DNA of 64,000 nucleotides from positions 496,001 to 560,000 of the forward strand of contig CT868008.1 in the NCBI GenBank assembly GCA_000165425.1. The letters run 5' to 3'. This DNA is from Paramecium tetraurelia. Taxonomy: Eukaryota. The position numbers and the translations under genes are program-made. The notes under the pieces are model-generated. The model was not told the origin of the DNA. It was given only the letters and a program-made list of their open reading frames with translations, and did no database searches. Positions within the stretch are counted from its first letter, which is position 1. The number at the start of each line of letters is the position of its first letter. Below, piece by piece: positions 40,701 to 53,470 of the stretch.

Positions 40701-40743
40701 TGAAAAAGATTTGAGTCTTATATTTAATTAATATATAAAATAA

Positions 40744-41754
40744 TCATAATTTCTAGATGAGACGAAGTATGTCTGCTGAAAACTTATCTCTTACATCAAA
40801 GTGTGTGTATCCACTTTATTAGAACTAAGATTATTAACAATAGAATTACTGATTCGTCACTTCCAGGCACAATGCATGTGTTCTTTTGGTTCACAATGCA
40901 GTTGTACTTGATGATATCGTCATTTGGTGACCAGAATGAATAAACTTTGGCCCCTTCTCTACGAGTCTTTGAGTTCAAGGCAGTGAGCATTTGGGATGAT
41001 GGTGAAAATCCATTGTATGTGCTGCATGTGGGTAATCCAGTTGCGTAAGTGCAATCTACTAAACCATAGTTGGCTCCGGCTAATCCAAAGAAGGCAGCTA
41101 TAGAGTTGGTGATGGGGTCTCCAACTGTGAATTTAGCAAACAAAGATTCAGAATATGTTCCCCCAATGATGGCAGCTCTTGCCAAGGTGACTCCCATTGA
41201 ATGACCAATGACTATAACTTTGCTGGCCTTGGTGTAAGCAAGGACTCCTTCAATGAAACGTCTAGTAGTCATCACATATTTTTCACTGTGACTGTTTTGT
41301 GATGCCATATTTGGATTGGCAGGACCTAAAATTTTATTATTATAAAAATTACCCCAAGTTGTTACGTACAAATCAGCCTTTGTGTATCCTCCATTGGTTT
41401 ATAGATACTCAATAAGTTATGTGAATCCAGTCTACCATCCTACAGTTCCACCGTTACCAGCTCCAATATCGGAGTTTCCATGAATAAAAACAATGGGATA
41501 TTTGGATGGAGCAGTGGTTGGTCTAGTTTCGGCACCTCTAGTTGGAATAATAGGTTGATTGCTTACCCATATGTGGACCAAGTGATATCGGATCTAATGA
41601 AATCATATTTGGAATCAAAGGCTTTAATGAAGGATGCAAAATCTGCAGTGAACCCATGATCTATAGTGCTAACGTTGCCATCATAGTTCATGTAGGCTGT
41701 AGCTCCCAAAACCATCAGTACTCCCAAGGTTAACAACAGTGTTTATGATGTCAT
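40744..41754 (-). CDS. Secreted class-2 lipase (alpha/beta hydrolase)
   Basis: Signal peptide, PIVFIHGNSD, LYVTTWG, nucleophile GHSMG, GLAGANYG, WSPNDDII and catalytic-His-like GYTHF. Three tiny introns. Confidence 0.92.
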
Positions 41755-41889
41755 TGAATTCAAATAAATATCTAATCGCAGACCATATGTGTTATTAATT
41801 TGCGAACAAAGATATTTCGTCATCAATAAATGCGTAATATATAATTCTTTTGTCAATCATATTTATTATAAAATATTATTATATAAAAA

Positions 41890-44800
41890 TCATTAATGTT
41901 AACCAAATTCTTTAAACATTTGAGCCATATCTGCCAATTGATTTTTCTTGGGCATCACCATTCTTGGAGGTTAACTATCTTCTAAGCTGAACAATTATTT
42001 CTCAGCCAACTCTTTCTTAATATACATCAGATAAGTTGATCTGCTCATATCTGAAAACTTCGGTGTAAATTTCAAATAAGTTTTCTCATCATCATCTATA
42101 TATTATTTCTATCCTCCCTTTTGTTTGAACAGCATCTTGCTCAGTTCCTTATTCTCAATATCCATTTTCCTCTCCACTCCATCTATTATCATACCGATCA
42201 CTTGATGAGATTTCTTTTATTGCCTTTCAATCTGATCTCGCATCTATTTCTATGTCTTCTGTTGTTTCTCCTATTGTAAGATCAAATCTGTTCCTTAAGC
42301 CTCGAGATTAGTAATAGATTGACTCACTTACGAACTTTTTTAGATTTCAGACGGCTTCTTTAGAATTGGCTTCGGTATCGAGCTTGATTTTTATTGAGCA
42401 AGATTCTGAGTTGATTATATCTTGGTATCATCTAATCCGAGTAGAGAACTTCGACCCTGAGAGGGTTACAGAGATAATTAATGATTTAGAGGTTTCTTAT
42501 CAACCTCTTATACAAAAATCCTAACATTTTTTCTATGCTTAGTGGATGGCTATTGCACATTCTAATTCTCATGGACTTCCACTAATGTTTCCTTCTCAAA
42601 AGCTGACTTTAATCTTTATATCCTCTCCTTTTCCTTCTGTTCTCTATGCAAATTGGCAAAAAACTTTGATAATCCTAAAGCCTCACGATGTTTATAAATA
42701 AAATCTTTTAGTTTCTTCTTTTTACTTTTTTCCAAGACCTTCCTCAAATAAATAGTCTCCTCCTCGTCCTTCAAATCGATATTCACATTTGTTTATACTA
42801 TCTTTTTGCCTGCCACCATCTTATCAATCTTCTTCCTTTTTAATTCTTTCAACTCTTTCTCTGCTGTTATTTTACCATCCATAATGTGTGCTTAATCCCT
42901 AACCTTTGTGTCTATTTCCACTTTCACTGGGGGTGAATTAAATGACTCCTTATAAAACATGATCTCCTCTTTGGCCTTCAAATTTAACATTTTCCTCCCA
43001 AAGTAGAATTCCTTCTTGTCAAAGTCCTCCTTCTTCCTTAGATTAAATAACTATCCGAGAATGTCATTATAATCCTGAAATTCATTGGTTTCAATCTTCC
43101 CAGTAACCATCTTATTAACATAGACATCCAAATCTTATTTATGATGTTCATCTCGATCTGGATGTTCTCTATATTCAATATTTTCTAACTGTCTTTTCAA
43201 TAACCTCCCTGCATTACTTACACTCCTCTCTTCTTACTTTTTGGGCTTCTGAAATTCATTGAAATACTGGTTAGTTGTTAATATTTTAGATTTGTGATCC
43301 AACGGTCTTTCCAAGCCAATTTTAATCAAACCAACTGATTTCCCTAATTTTCTATTTAGTTTCAATAGTTTTCTGTTGTTTCTTATAGGTTTCTTGGCCA
43401 CTGACTATGTTCTTTTCATATCGAAGATATCATTATCAAATTATAAATTGTCTATTGAAGGAGCAAAGAAACTTCCATCGAAAAAACTATCTTAGCTATT
43501 CGAGTCACTATCAAATATGTTGATTGAAGCATCAGTTCCATGAGGTTATGATTGTTCGACGACTTTCTAATCAATTTATTTATTTATTTTCTGTTCTTAC
43601 TTCACCTATGTTTTTATATATAATTCTTAATTTAGAGGTTTGATTTGAAAGAGATGATACATATCATTATTAAATTTTTTGAGATATTGAGATTCTGATT
43701 ATTCCAATTTGTCTCTATGCTTCTTCCTGATCTTATTCAACTCTGAATCGAGTGTTGATTCAGCTATAAAACTCAAATCAGCCAAGTCTTTGAGATTCTA
43801 TTCTACTCGATGCTTCCCTTCACTGGCCAATTTTATAATATGCTTCTTGAACTCATCTATTCCCTATATATATTTTTCAGCTAACCAACTAGCTGTTGTT
43901 AATGACTCCACAATCCTATGATAATTATTTTGAGCTTCATAATTACACATCATAGTAACCAAAGCTGACAAAGTTGTAATAACACATCTTTTCATCCTTT
44001 TTCTCTCTCTGTTTTTGTACTTTCTTTATGCAAATTTCTCTTAATTTATTCTAATTCTCATTTCTCCACATAAAATTACAATGGCTTCTTCAGCAATATT
44101 CAATGATTCTTGATATTCGCTTATTTCAAAATAAAAATTAGCCAGATAAACCTTTGCTTTGGCACAAGCATTTATTAGATTTGGATTTGTCGTATTGAGG
44201 ATTTACTTAGCTATTCTTTGAGCTTCCAATAAATAATAGTAAGCGACTTTGGGTTTATTAGCTTTTTTAAACACCAAACTTGCCATTAATAGTAATTCAA
44301 TTAAATTATAGAAGTATTGATCTAATTCGAATTGTATGTTGAGTGGTTTTAATGTTTTGACTATCATATTTGCAATGCGACTTGACTCTGATACTTCTTA
44401 CTCAAAAAAGTTGACTTCTTTTGCTTACTTTTTGGTTCTCTCTTTTTTAGGCTTTTCATATTCGGTAATCTTGTAAAATAGTACAGTAACTTCATGTTCT
44501 TTTATTCTTTCTTCTCCTTCCTCATCAGAACTTGTCAGATGCGAAACCTCTTCCAATCTAACAATAGACATAATTTAATTACACGACTCCTTTCATTTCG
44601 TTTGGCATAACTTTCTGGATGTAGAGATTTATGTATTTGTATAATTCAAATATTGCTTTGGTTCCTCTTTGAACAATCAATATCATCATTTCAGGCCTAT
44701 CTTATTCGATGTCTGGTTTTAACAGTCCTTTTTTTAGGATTTTATTGATGCAATTTATTATCCTACGATTCAACATCACCATCTCACTCAATTCCAAATC

Positions 44801-45024
44801 TTTACGTTGACTTGAAAATTTATCCAAAAGTTAAAATGCTCGCTTGTAGAGTTTCTATTCAACTTAATAAATCAAGTTACTTTCTATATCATCTTGCCAG
44901 TTTCTCTGTGAATGTAATCATAGCTACCCTACAATAGACTTTTTAATTTACTCTCTTCTTTATTTTAATGAGATTGTTGTTATTAGTGAGATGTATTAAC
45001 AGAAGAAGTTTCTTTTTAATTCAT
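41890..45024 (-). CDS. Large hypothetical protein with TPR-like segment and charged C-terminus
   Basis: Frame from ATG 45024 with a tiny intron near 44570. AKVYLANFYFEISEYQESLNIAEEAI is TPR-like. TGA at 41890-41892. Confidence 0.75.
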
Positions 45025-45175
45025 AAAATTAATGTTAATACTAATTTTTATATTTGATTCAATTCAGATATATTTCAAAAGATATTAATTACATTTTGAT
45101 TTTTGCTCCAATTTGGAATTCCCACTGTAATATTAATTTATATATATATTAATTATATATATAAAACATAAGGAT

Positions 45176-48021
45176 TCATTATTGTTTACTTTCCATCACC
45201 GTAGTGATATCTGATTCCAAACTTTTATATTGATCAGCCAAAAATTGAGGCAACTGTCCTATGTCCTTTAAAGAATTCATAAAATAGTCCAGCTCTTCCT
45301 TAATCCTCGTAAACCCAATTCTAATAAGTTCAATAACGTCCTTACTTAGAAGTTATATTGAGCTATTTAAATATCTTCACAAAATCTGAATTGAGAATCG
45401 ATACAATGTGTCCAAAAACCTTGCAAAGATCCTCCTTTGTAATGATGTCCTCTATAGCCACATATAAAGACCGCGTATTCTAACAGATCTGATTGGTCAT
45501 CTTAGTTGGAACAGTAATTTTAGTTTAAGAATCCTATAAGGTTACTTTCACAATATTACATTCCAATCTAATTTAGCAATGTCTTCGAAATGTTTATAAA
45601 ATCTATCCTGCACTATAGTCGTAAGTTTGGCCATTACTTCAGCATTGTGATTTTCATAGTCCACTTTGATCGTTGCAAAATCATTCTGGATTTGTTGTAG
45701 ATTAGTGAATTCGGTTTGTTATTATTGACTAATAAACAATTATGTTTAAATGCTTACTTGATCACTTTAAATAGTTTATTTGATAAGGGATCCAACAAGT
45801 ATAAGAATAACCTCAAACATATTGAGGAAATCGCTAAATTTTTAGCTGTAATCGTGGAAATTTTACCAAAATGCACAGCTCCAGCTCCCAAAATGTATTG
45901 TGTGGCTAAAGAATTGTAACATTTTATAAGTTCAACCAACTTTTAGGTCTGTTCGTAATTGATTACTGAGTAAGATTCAAATAAATGCAAATATTAGCTT
46001 ATAGCTTATAAAAAGAATAAGAATGCTTGTGTTACTTTATATTTAGAATTGTCCTTTAAGATGATAATTTCAGTTTTAATAATTTTGAAATGTGAATTAT
46101 TTACATAGGAAGGCAATAGATTCTTCCCTGCCATTGTGCTGTTATTAAGAAGAACACTTTCATCCAACTATTCAACCTATTTCAAGTCTTCCAGATCCAA
46201 TAGATATGTAATAATTTCATAGTTATCAAAGGACACATCAGATGCCAACCATGTCTCATTCTCCAGATATTTATTCAACTGTGTTTTCTTCTCTTTATGA
46301 AAATTTTAGAGATATTACTTTTCCTGAGCGCTACGCATATAAACTAATTGATTTATAGAACATTTCTAATATTATCCTCTAATTTTTTACATTATTTTAT
46401 CATTGATTTGTAAATCCTCATTAATTCTGGACATGTCCTATAAAAAAAATTAATCCCAAAATTTATAAACTTAAAGTAAATCTATAAAATCCTTGACTGA
46501 AGAGTCAGATGCAATTCTCTTTGAGGATAAGAGCAAGGCAACCTTTTCATTAGCAAATTTCAACATTGCCACTGGAATGGAAAAGTGTTCCTCGATAATC
46601 TCCATGTGTTTAGGTTGATCCAATACATTTTTGGCAATTGATTGTGCAAGTGCAATTTATAGATTAATAGTCTTCTTTAAATTTTCAGAAAAGAATTAAA
46701 CAATCTTAATAAAGATGCTTAACGGTTGTTCCTCCATATACTAAGATATTTATTCCATGATAGACTACTCATCGAATTTCATTTATTACTCAGCTTCCTC
46801 TTGATTGAAGAAATTCTTAAGTGCAATGAGAAACTCCTAATAATACCCTTACAATTCCTCCAGGACTTTCTATTTAAATATTTTGTCTGCCATATCAATA
46901 ATGCCTGAAGAAGACAATAGGGTTTTAATAAAACTATCATCTGATTGCTTATTAGGAGTGATCATTGATTGCTGTTACTATTCAAACCAACTATCATTAA
47001 CATAAGAATTGGCAAGCACAGAATCTTCATGATCATTCAATTGATGATTTATTTAATTAATAAGTTATTTGTTTGGTGCTAATAAAGATGTCATTTGAGT
47101 AAGCATTATTGATAGAAGATGATTCAAAATTGTGGTTTATAGAGTCTTCTGTAATTGTTCTAACTTTTAAGGTATAAACTTTAAGCCAGTGATTGATTTA
47201 ATAGTTTGATATGTCTATTCACTTACTTTTAGCAATTAGACTGCTTAGGAATATTTCTTAGTATTTATAAGTTCTGTTAATGTTACGAAACTCTTTTAAA
47301 TCGACTAAATGCGTTTAAGAGTGAACAAAATGTTTTCAACCTTTTCAATTGTCTAAACTCAATAAGAATTAATACTTGTTTCTTCTTTGTGATTTCAGTG
47401 CTCTTTTTAATCATATGCTCTCTAGTTTCACTGTAAATTTCACGTATTCTCTTGACTTTCTTAATATTCTAATCTATGATTTAATTCATCTCATTCAGAT
47501 TTAATATAACGCTGAGAAATTTGTCAAAGCGAGAATTAATTTAGAAGAATAAAGTAATCTCTACATCGTCTAAATGATCCTTGATCTCCTCTAAATACTG
47601 ATTAATTTTATCCTTGCCTAATGAGAATAGTTGATAATTGAATCGGAATGGTTAATCGAAGAAATATGCAGGCACTGTATTGTAGCATCCTAATACCATT
47701 TCATCTAAATCATCAGGAATATCTGAAGATTGTACTTTTTTTTGAAATTTTCTATACTCAACATAAACATCCCTTATAGATTGCAAGTAGCCAACAAAAT
47801 CTTTGAATCCTAATTCCTTTATTGACTACAAATCTGAAGATCGAGAAACAGTGTTCACGATTGCTTGAGCCTCCTTCAATGATATTGGATGTTAGGGTTC
47901 TTGGGTTTTTCTGAGTACTCTCTTAAGTAATTAATCGAAATAGCCTTCCTCTATTACAGAAAAGACCAATTGTTATTCTGACTTATTTTCCTCACTAATT
48001 ATTCCATTAAGAATACCTCAT
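45176..48021 (-). CDS. VPS54: GARP complex subunit Vps54
   Basis: KCYNSLATQYILGAGAVHFGKISTITAKNLAISSICL matches the Vps54 C-terminal signature. Also N-terminal VPAYFFDQPF and HLDDVEITL, and LENETWLASDV. Confidence 0.85.
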
Positions 48022-48039
48022 TTTGATTGCTTAAATATA

Positions 48040-51000
48040 TCAATTTATATATTATAATATATCACTTAATTCAGATTATTTTAGTATTTCTTATAATTAA
48101 GGATCATTTCGATATTTTTTAACAGACTTCAGCAATTTGAGTCTAAATCACAATAAAATAATACTTATTTGAATTATCGATATGATAAGATTTGGCATTG
48201 ATGATATCCGTATTTTCCGAATGTTCCAATAACTATCTTTACAATTATATATTCGACTCATTCTTGAAACTAAAGAAGCAACTTGTGTCTTTGACTTCAT
48301 CGAGTAAATTAAAAGGAGATTACTAGAGTTATTTAACTAATTGTTGATGTTCAATTTTTGAAGCAAATTTGATGTTTAATTTTTATTAAGGCTTTTTCAT
48401 TTGATTGAAATAATTAGCCAAATTATCACAGTAAGGAGGATCTAACGAATAGATGTCATTCTCACTCCACTTGCTAACCATCTGATTGATAATCTTATTT
48501 TTCAATTTGATGTTATTATCTATGCATTTATAAGTCTTGGCAAATGTTATATACACAACACTCAAAGTTCTGCTCCAACTGCATAGCACTCTAATAGCTG
48601 GATAATTAGTCATGTATTCAACTGGTCTTGTTTGGTATTGTAAGCATGAGTTGGTACCCCACCAATAAATCTTTCTTGTGTCCAAAATCACAATTGATTG
48701 CTTGTGACCTGCCATAACCTAAAGTACCTTTGATTCAAATGGCAACATCTTTGGAAATGCTTCATCTTTAAGGTTTCCATGTCCTAATTATCCCATTTGA
48801 CCCCAACCCCAAGTGTACACTTTTCCTAAAGTAGACTTGGCAATAGTATGCTTCATACCACAATGCACTTCTGCTATTTTATCAGATAATTCAATTAAAG
48901 TTAATTCATTTTTCGAATGACCTCTATTTATTCCTAGTTCTCCTACTGTATTTTCACCCATAGAGAACATCATCCCATTTGCAGACAACACTATGAAGAA
49001 TGATAACCCATGGGAAATTTGATGTACTTAAATCTTTTATTAAATCTAACTCATTCTTATGAATGCAGTCCATGATTTCAGTTCTATTGGATTTTTGTGT
49101 TTCTTTTTCCATATATAAATTAAATTGTTTTCATCTACAGCCACGTTATCGTCATTGTATACAGAGAACAATTTAACATTCTTTAAAATACTCTGTTTTT
49201 CATCTGTTGAATATAAAACATTTTCTTAACTTAAAATTAATCCATGATTAGCTCCAGATTTGATAGACTTTACTTTAAATGGAAATTGTATCGAATTAAT
49301 TTTGTTTGCATTTTATTTAAGCAATCCTTACTATAATGAATCATTCAATCCCCAAGAGTAGATTTTATTTTGTAATGTTCCAACATATGCATGACATTCT
49401 CCTATAGAGTATGTTGAAATATAATTCTATTTTTCATAACATTCTTTGAAACATCTCTTATATAAGGATGTCCATAATGTATCATAGATTTCACTTACAT
49501 CTGTCAATATCTCCAAATCTATTACTTAACTGAATAAATCAATTTTTTTGCCAGGAATATTTTCTTAGTCAGCATCCAATATATTCTCAATATAACTATC
49601 ATGCAAATTCATAAATTCTTATTCTCTTATCCTATTCAATTCATTCTCCAAAGGTTTCAGAACTAGATCTTCATACTTTCGTTGTTTTCTATATTAATTA
49701 TAATATTTCCTCACTCCTCTTTAAATTACGATTGCCGCATATCTGATCCTTTGAAATAGATTTCTCAACCACTTACTTCTAATCCACCCCTAAATGTAAG
49801 TAGTGGCTGCTCTCAATGATTAAAAATATCTTCTTTAATATTGTCTTCTAGCATATTTTTAAATAGTAATTGCAGCTTGATTGGCTGTTACTAAAAATCC
49901 TGCTAACTTAATAGATTGTATATTATCCTCATTTATTAAACGTGTAATGTAACCCTTCCATGTTTTCTGAATTTTAGTAGCAGCTCTATATACAATAACT
50001 TTCCAAGCTTAATCTGTCACTTTGTATAGTAATTTTTTTATGTCACTTTCAACTTATTAATCTTAATACTATTGTTTTTCTCTTACAAATCTTTGTATTT
50101 TTATTGCACATTATTCTTCAACTATCATCTACTTAATTGCACATATTCTCTTAAAATATGTTTGAACTACTTTGGCTGCCTATAAATTTCTTTTATACTG
50201 TATTTTCTTTAACCACTCTCTAATTTTAAATTATATAAACACAATAGATTGCATAAGTCTAACATGTCTTTGTCTTTCTAAATAACCTCTAATGTGAGCT
50301 TAAATGTATATAACTCTGCATTGAAATTCTCGAAATATCATTTTGTTTTTATAACAAATCCAAGCATTCTACAATTTGGATGCAGCCTAATGCTTTAAGT
50401 TATTTTATTTCTTAATTTCCTGTTAAATGATTTTATGTGTTTGATATTTAAAGAACACCATTCTATTTCCAAATAACACTTAATCATCTGTGAATGCAAA
50501 GTTTTTCTTCATGTAATTAATGACTGCTGTCTTGTAATCAACCTTTTTCTATTACACTACTGCAAAAAACTGAAAATAACACTATTAATATGTTCTTCTG
50601 TATGCATAACCTTCCTTCCTCATCTACAGACTCTCTACTATACAACAATACTTAATCTAATTTAGAACGAATGATTAATTAAATTGATCTTGTATCATTT
50701 AATCGTTTGATTTGATGCATCTTATGAAATAGTTGTTGCTATCTTTAAGAGAAGTAACTAAGCCTTGTAATTCAGTTCTTGCCACTGTTCCTACATACTT
50801 TTAAGTAATGATTTGCTAGTACATTGTTGATATATATTAATTCTTGGATTTTTAAAGCAGAATTTAAAACTATTTATTAACTTCATCTTTATTCTTAATA
50901 CGAAACCCAATAACATTATACTCAACTTCTCTTGCAAAATGTCGAACCTTAAATATTGGTTGGGATTAAGATTTTGGATATGTAATTATTTGATTGTTCA

Positions 51001-52483
51001 CAAAGGCATTCTTAACCTTAGTTAAAAAGGTTTCATCAGTGCCAGCCACAGTGCAACTATCATCTAATATATTCAAGATTCCCAAAGGAGGTCTCTCTAA
51101 ACTTTCCAAAATTGGTAGATTATTCATATAATTAATTGGCCCTTGATTGCTGCTCAATCCCTCCTATTAGAATATTTTTGAATCGCATAGAAAAGTATCA
51201 AAAAGATAAAATTAGTGCAACTTTTCTTAAGAATAGTTGATTAGTAATTACTCAAAACCATTTACAATATTTTATTCAAATCCAAAATAATCGATTATGC
51301 TGATTTAGTACTTATTTACTTATGTAGACATCTAACAATTAATTGAATCAATCAAGAATTCAAATAGTCTTTCATATAATTGCTTGATGATATTCTATTG
51401 TTGATTTATACATTCTATTCTACTTAATGGAGTATCAACCACTTCATTTTTCAGCAATTATCTCTGCTTATAACACAAACACCTTATTAATTCTTTGTCT
51501 GAAATCCCAAGCAATTGACTAATCTATAGAATGGATTTCAAATCTTGAATTGAACAATCACTATCATGATCGTCGAATTATATATTACCCAATTTAATTA
51601 TGCAAGCCAATATCCCTAAAATTACATCAATATTTATATTGAATAGTTTCAGAGCATCCAGTGTGTCTTAAAATTGTTGTGCTTCTTTCTAAGATTATTA
51701 TTAATATGCTTTGGAATTCAATGGATTTGGAATCAAGTTTTATTATTGATTAGTATTGATATTAAATAAAGCCAATTATCCATGATTTAAGAATTAATAT
51801 AATATGTTAAAATTGCATTCTCCTTATGGTACATTATATATGCGTGATTTTTCAAGGGAAACTGCACTTAAATGAACTCCGCATAACTTATAATCTTTAT
51901 CAAACAGCATTTTTGTGACTCTTCCATAACGAGATGAATTCGAATTTCTTTGTGTTTTGGCATTTCCAAAGGCTTCGATAATTTAATTGCAAGCCAGAAC
52001 TTTAGTGTGAAAATTCCCAAATTTGGACAGCTATAATTAAATTTATTTGCTGATTTCAGACTTTCCTGATCCTGATTCTCCAATCATTATAATTGATTAA
52101 GGTAGGTCAGTCATTTGATGATAAGCATTTTGAGCAATTTAATGCAGTTGTTGAGATTTTGTGTTTTCTTTATGAAAAGGATTGATGATGAGAAAAGATG
52201 CTCCGCAAAAAATTTGAAATTTTTTTTGTTAAAATTTATGATGCAAAGCGTTAAGAACTTCAGCCTCATTCAAAATCGATAGATCAATCAAATCCTCGAG
52301 TTCTTATAAATTATCTAAACTTCGTTAATACACATTTTTGGAATCAGCTATATTACCTTCAGCTGTGCTAATCAAGAAGGGGGAAACCTAAAGTATAACC
52401 CCAGGTATTAATTTATGGTCATTGAAAATCCAACAGGGAGTATCTAGCTTAAATCTTATACTAAATTACTAATCTAAGCCCAT
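48040..52483 (-). CDS. Myosin with multiple IQ motifs and RCC1-repeat tail
   Basis: DLIDLSILNEAEVL, GESGSGKS, EAFGNAQTQRNSNSSRYG, DYFGFE, FIRCIKSN and several IQ motifs. RCC1 repeats include GMKHTIA...VYTWGWGQMGQLGHG. Confidence 0.92.
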
Positions 52484-52568
52484 TTGATAGGTTAAAGCAT
52501 TTGCTTGTTATATATATATAATTTAAATATAATATTTGAGATTGTTATATAATTTTAATTAGTGTTTT

Positions 52569-52976
52569 TCAATAAATCTTAAAATATGGCAAACCCATAA
52601 AATTCATTCCTTCATTCAGTAAGTGAGATGATTATTGAAAGATTTAAGGATATTAGATGAAAATTATGTATTTTATTATAATCAATGGCACTCTTCTTTC
52701 ATCAATCAATACCTCCAATTTTAAGGTACTGATGTCATTAAAAAAGTAATGGAATGTCAATTACTTTTGGAAGGTACCATTGAGGTTATGATTATCTTTC
52801 TCATCCTCATGAATATTTTGGAGCTTGAGCTGCCATAGATGGGGATGGACTTTGTCTAATTTAGTCATCTTAGAGGGGCTCTAAAGATAGAATATACATT
52901 CACCTCGATCCTTTTTAAACCATCCTTTGATTTTTTGGAAAGTGCTAGCTATGCAATTGATTAATACTCAACACAT
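52569..52976 (-). CDS. Possible small hypothetical protein
   Basis: ATG 52976 plus a 24-nt TGA-containing candidate intron gives MSSTFQKIKGWFKKDR. The downstream exon structure is ambiguous. Confidence 0.35.
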
Positions 52977-52990
52977 TAAAATTATAAATA

Positions 52991-53426
52991 ATGAAATTTA
53001 CAAGTACTGACAACATAGAAGTGGATAGACAAGACCAATAGAAAATAAACACTTTTAGCAGATTGAATATGCAATACCATGAACTTATTCGATTGAATTA
53101 AGCGTATAGAATAATAAAAATAGTGGTGTAGTCGAAAAGATGAGTTAACACGTTTGTCAGATGGTAAAGATGAAATGGAATTGATGGATGATGACGAGAA
53201 GATTCCATTCAAATTCGGTGATTCTTTCATTCGAGTGAGCGTTGATAAAGTAAGGAACTTAACTATATAAAAGGCAAGAACATTGATTGATGAATAAGTA
53301 GCAAATGTTAAGAAATAATTTGAAGAAGACACCAAGAAAATAGAAGAAACACATAAATAGATGAACAATTTGAAAGCCAAGTTGTATGCCAAATTTGGTA
53401 GTCAAATTAATCTGGATGATTAATGA
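52991..53426 (+). CDS. PFDN4: Prefoldin subunit 4
   Basis: EVDRQDQQKINTFSRLN, IPFKFGDSF and LKAKLYAKFGSQINLD. Two tiny introns. Confidence 0.92.
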
Positions 53427-53470
53427 GCATCTAAGAAAAATATATATATATATATATAAATTTAAATTAT

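Noticed and set aside
40440..40720. Identity of the structured element as telomerase RNA, U3, TPP riboswitch, hammerhead ribozyme or RNase MRP/P
   Set aside because: There is no CAACCC-type template, no U3 box A (GAUCAUUUCU) and no CUGAGA/AUACCC TPP arrangement. The CTGATGA at 40697 lacks a following GAAA core, and CR-I/CR-V motifs are not in the correct order.
53440..53457. (AT)n run between the convergent prefoldin and PIWI genes
   Set aside because: An ordinary microsatellite in AT-rich 3' UTR sequence.
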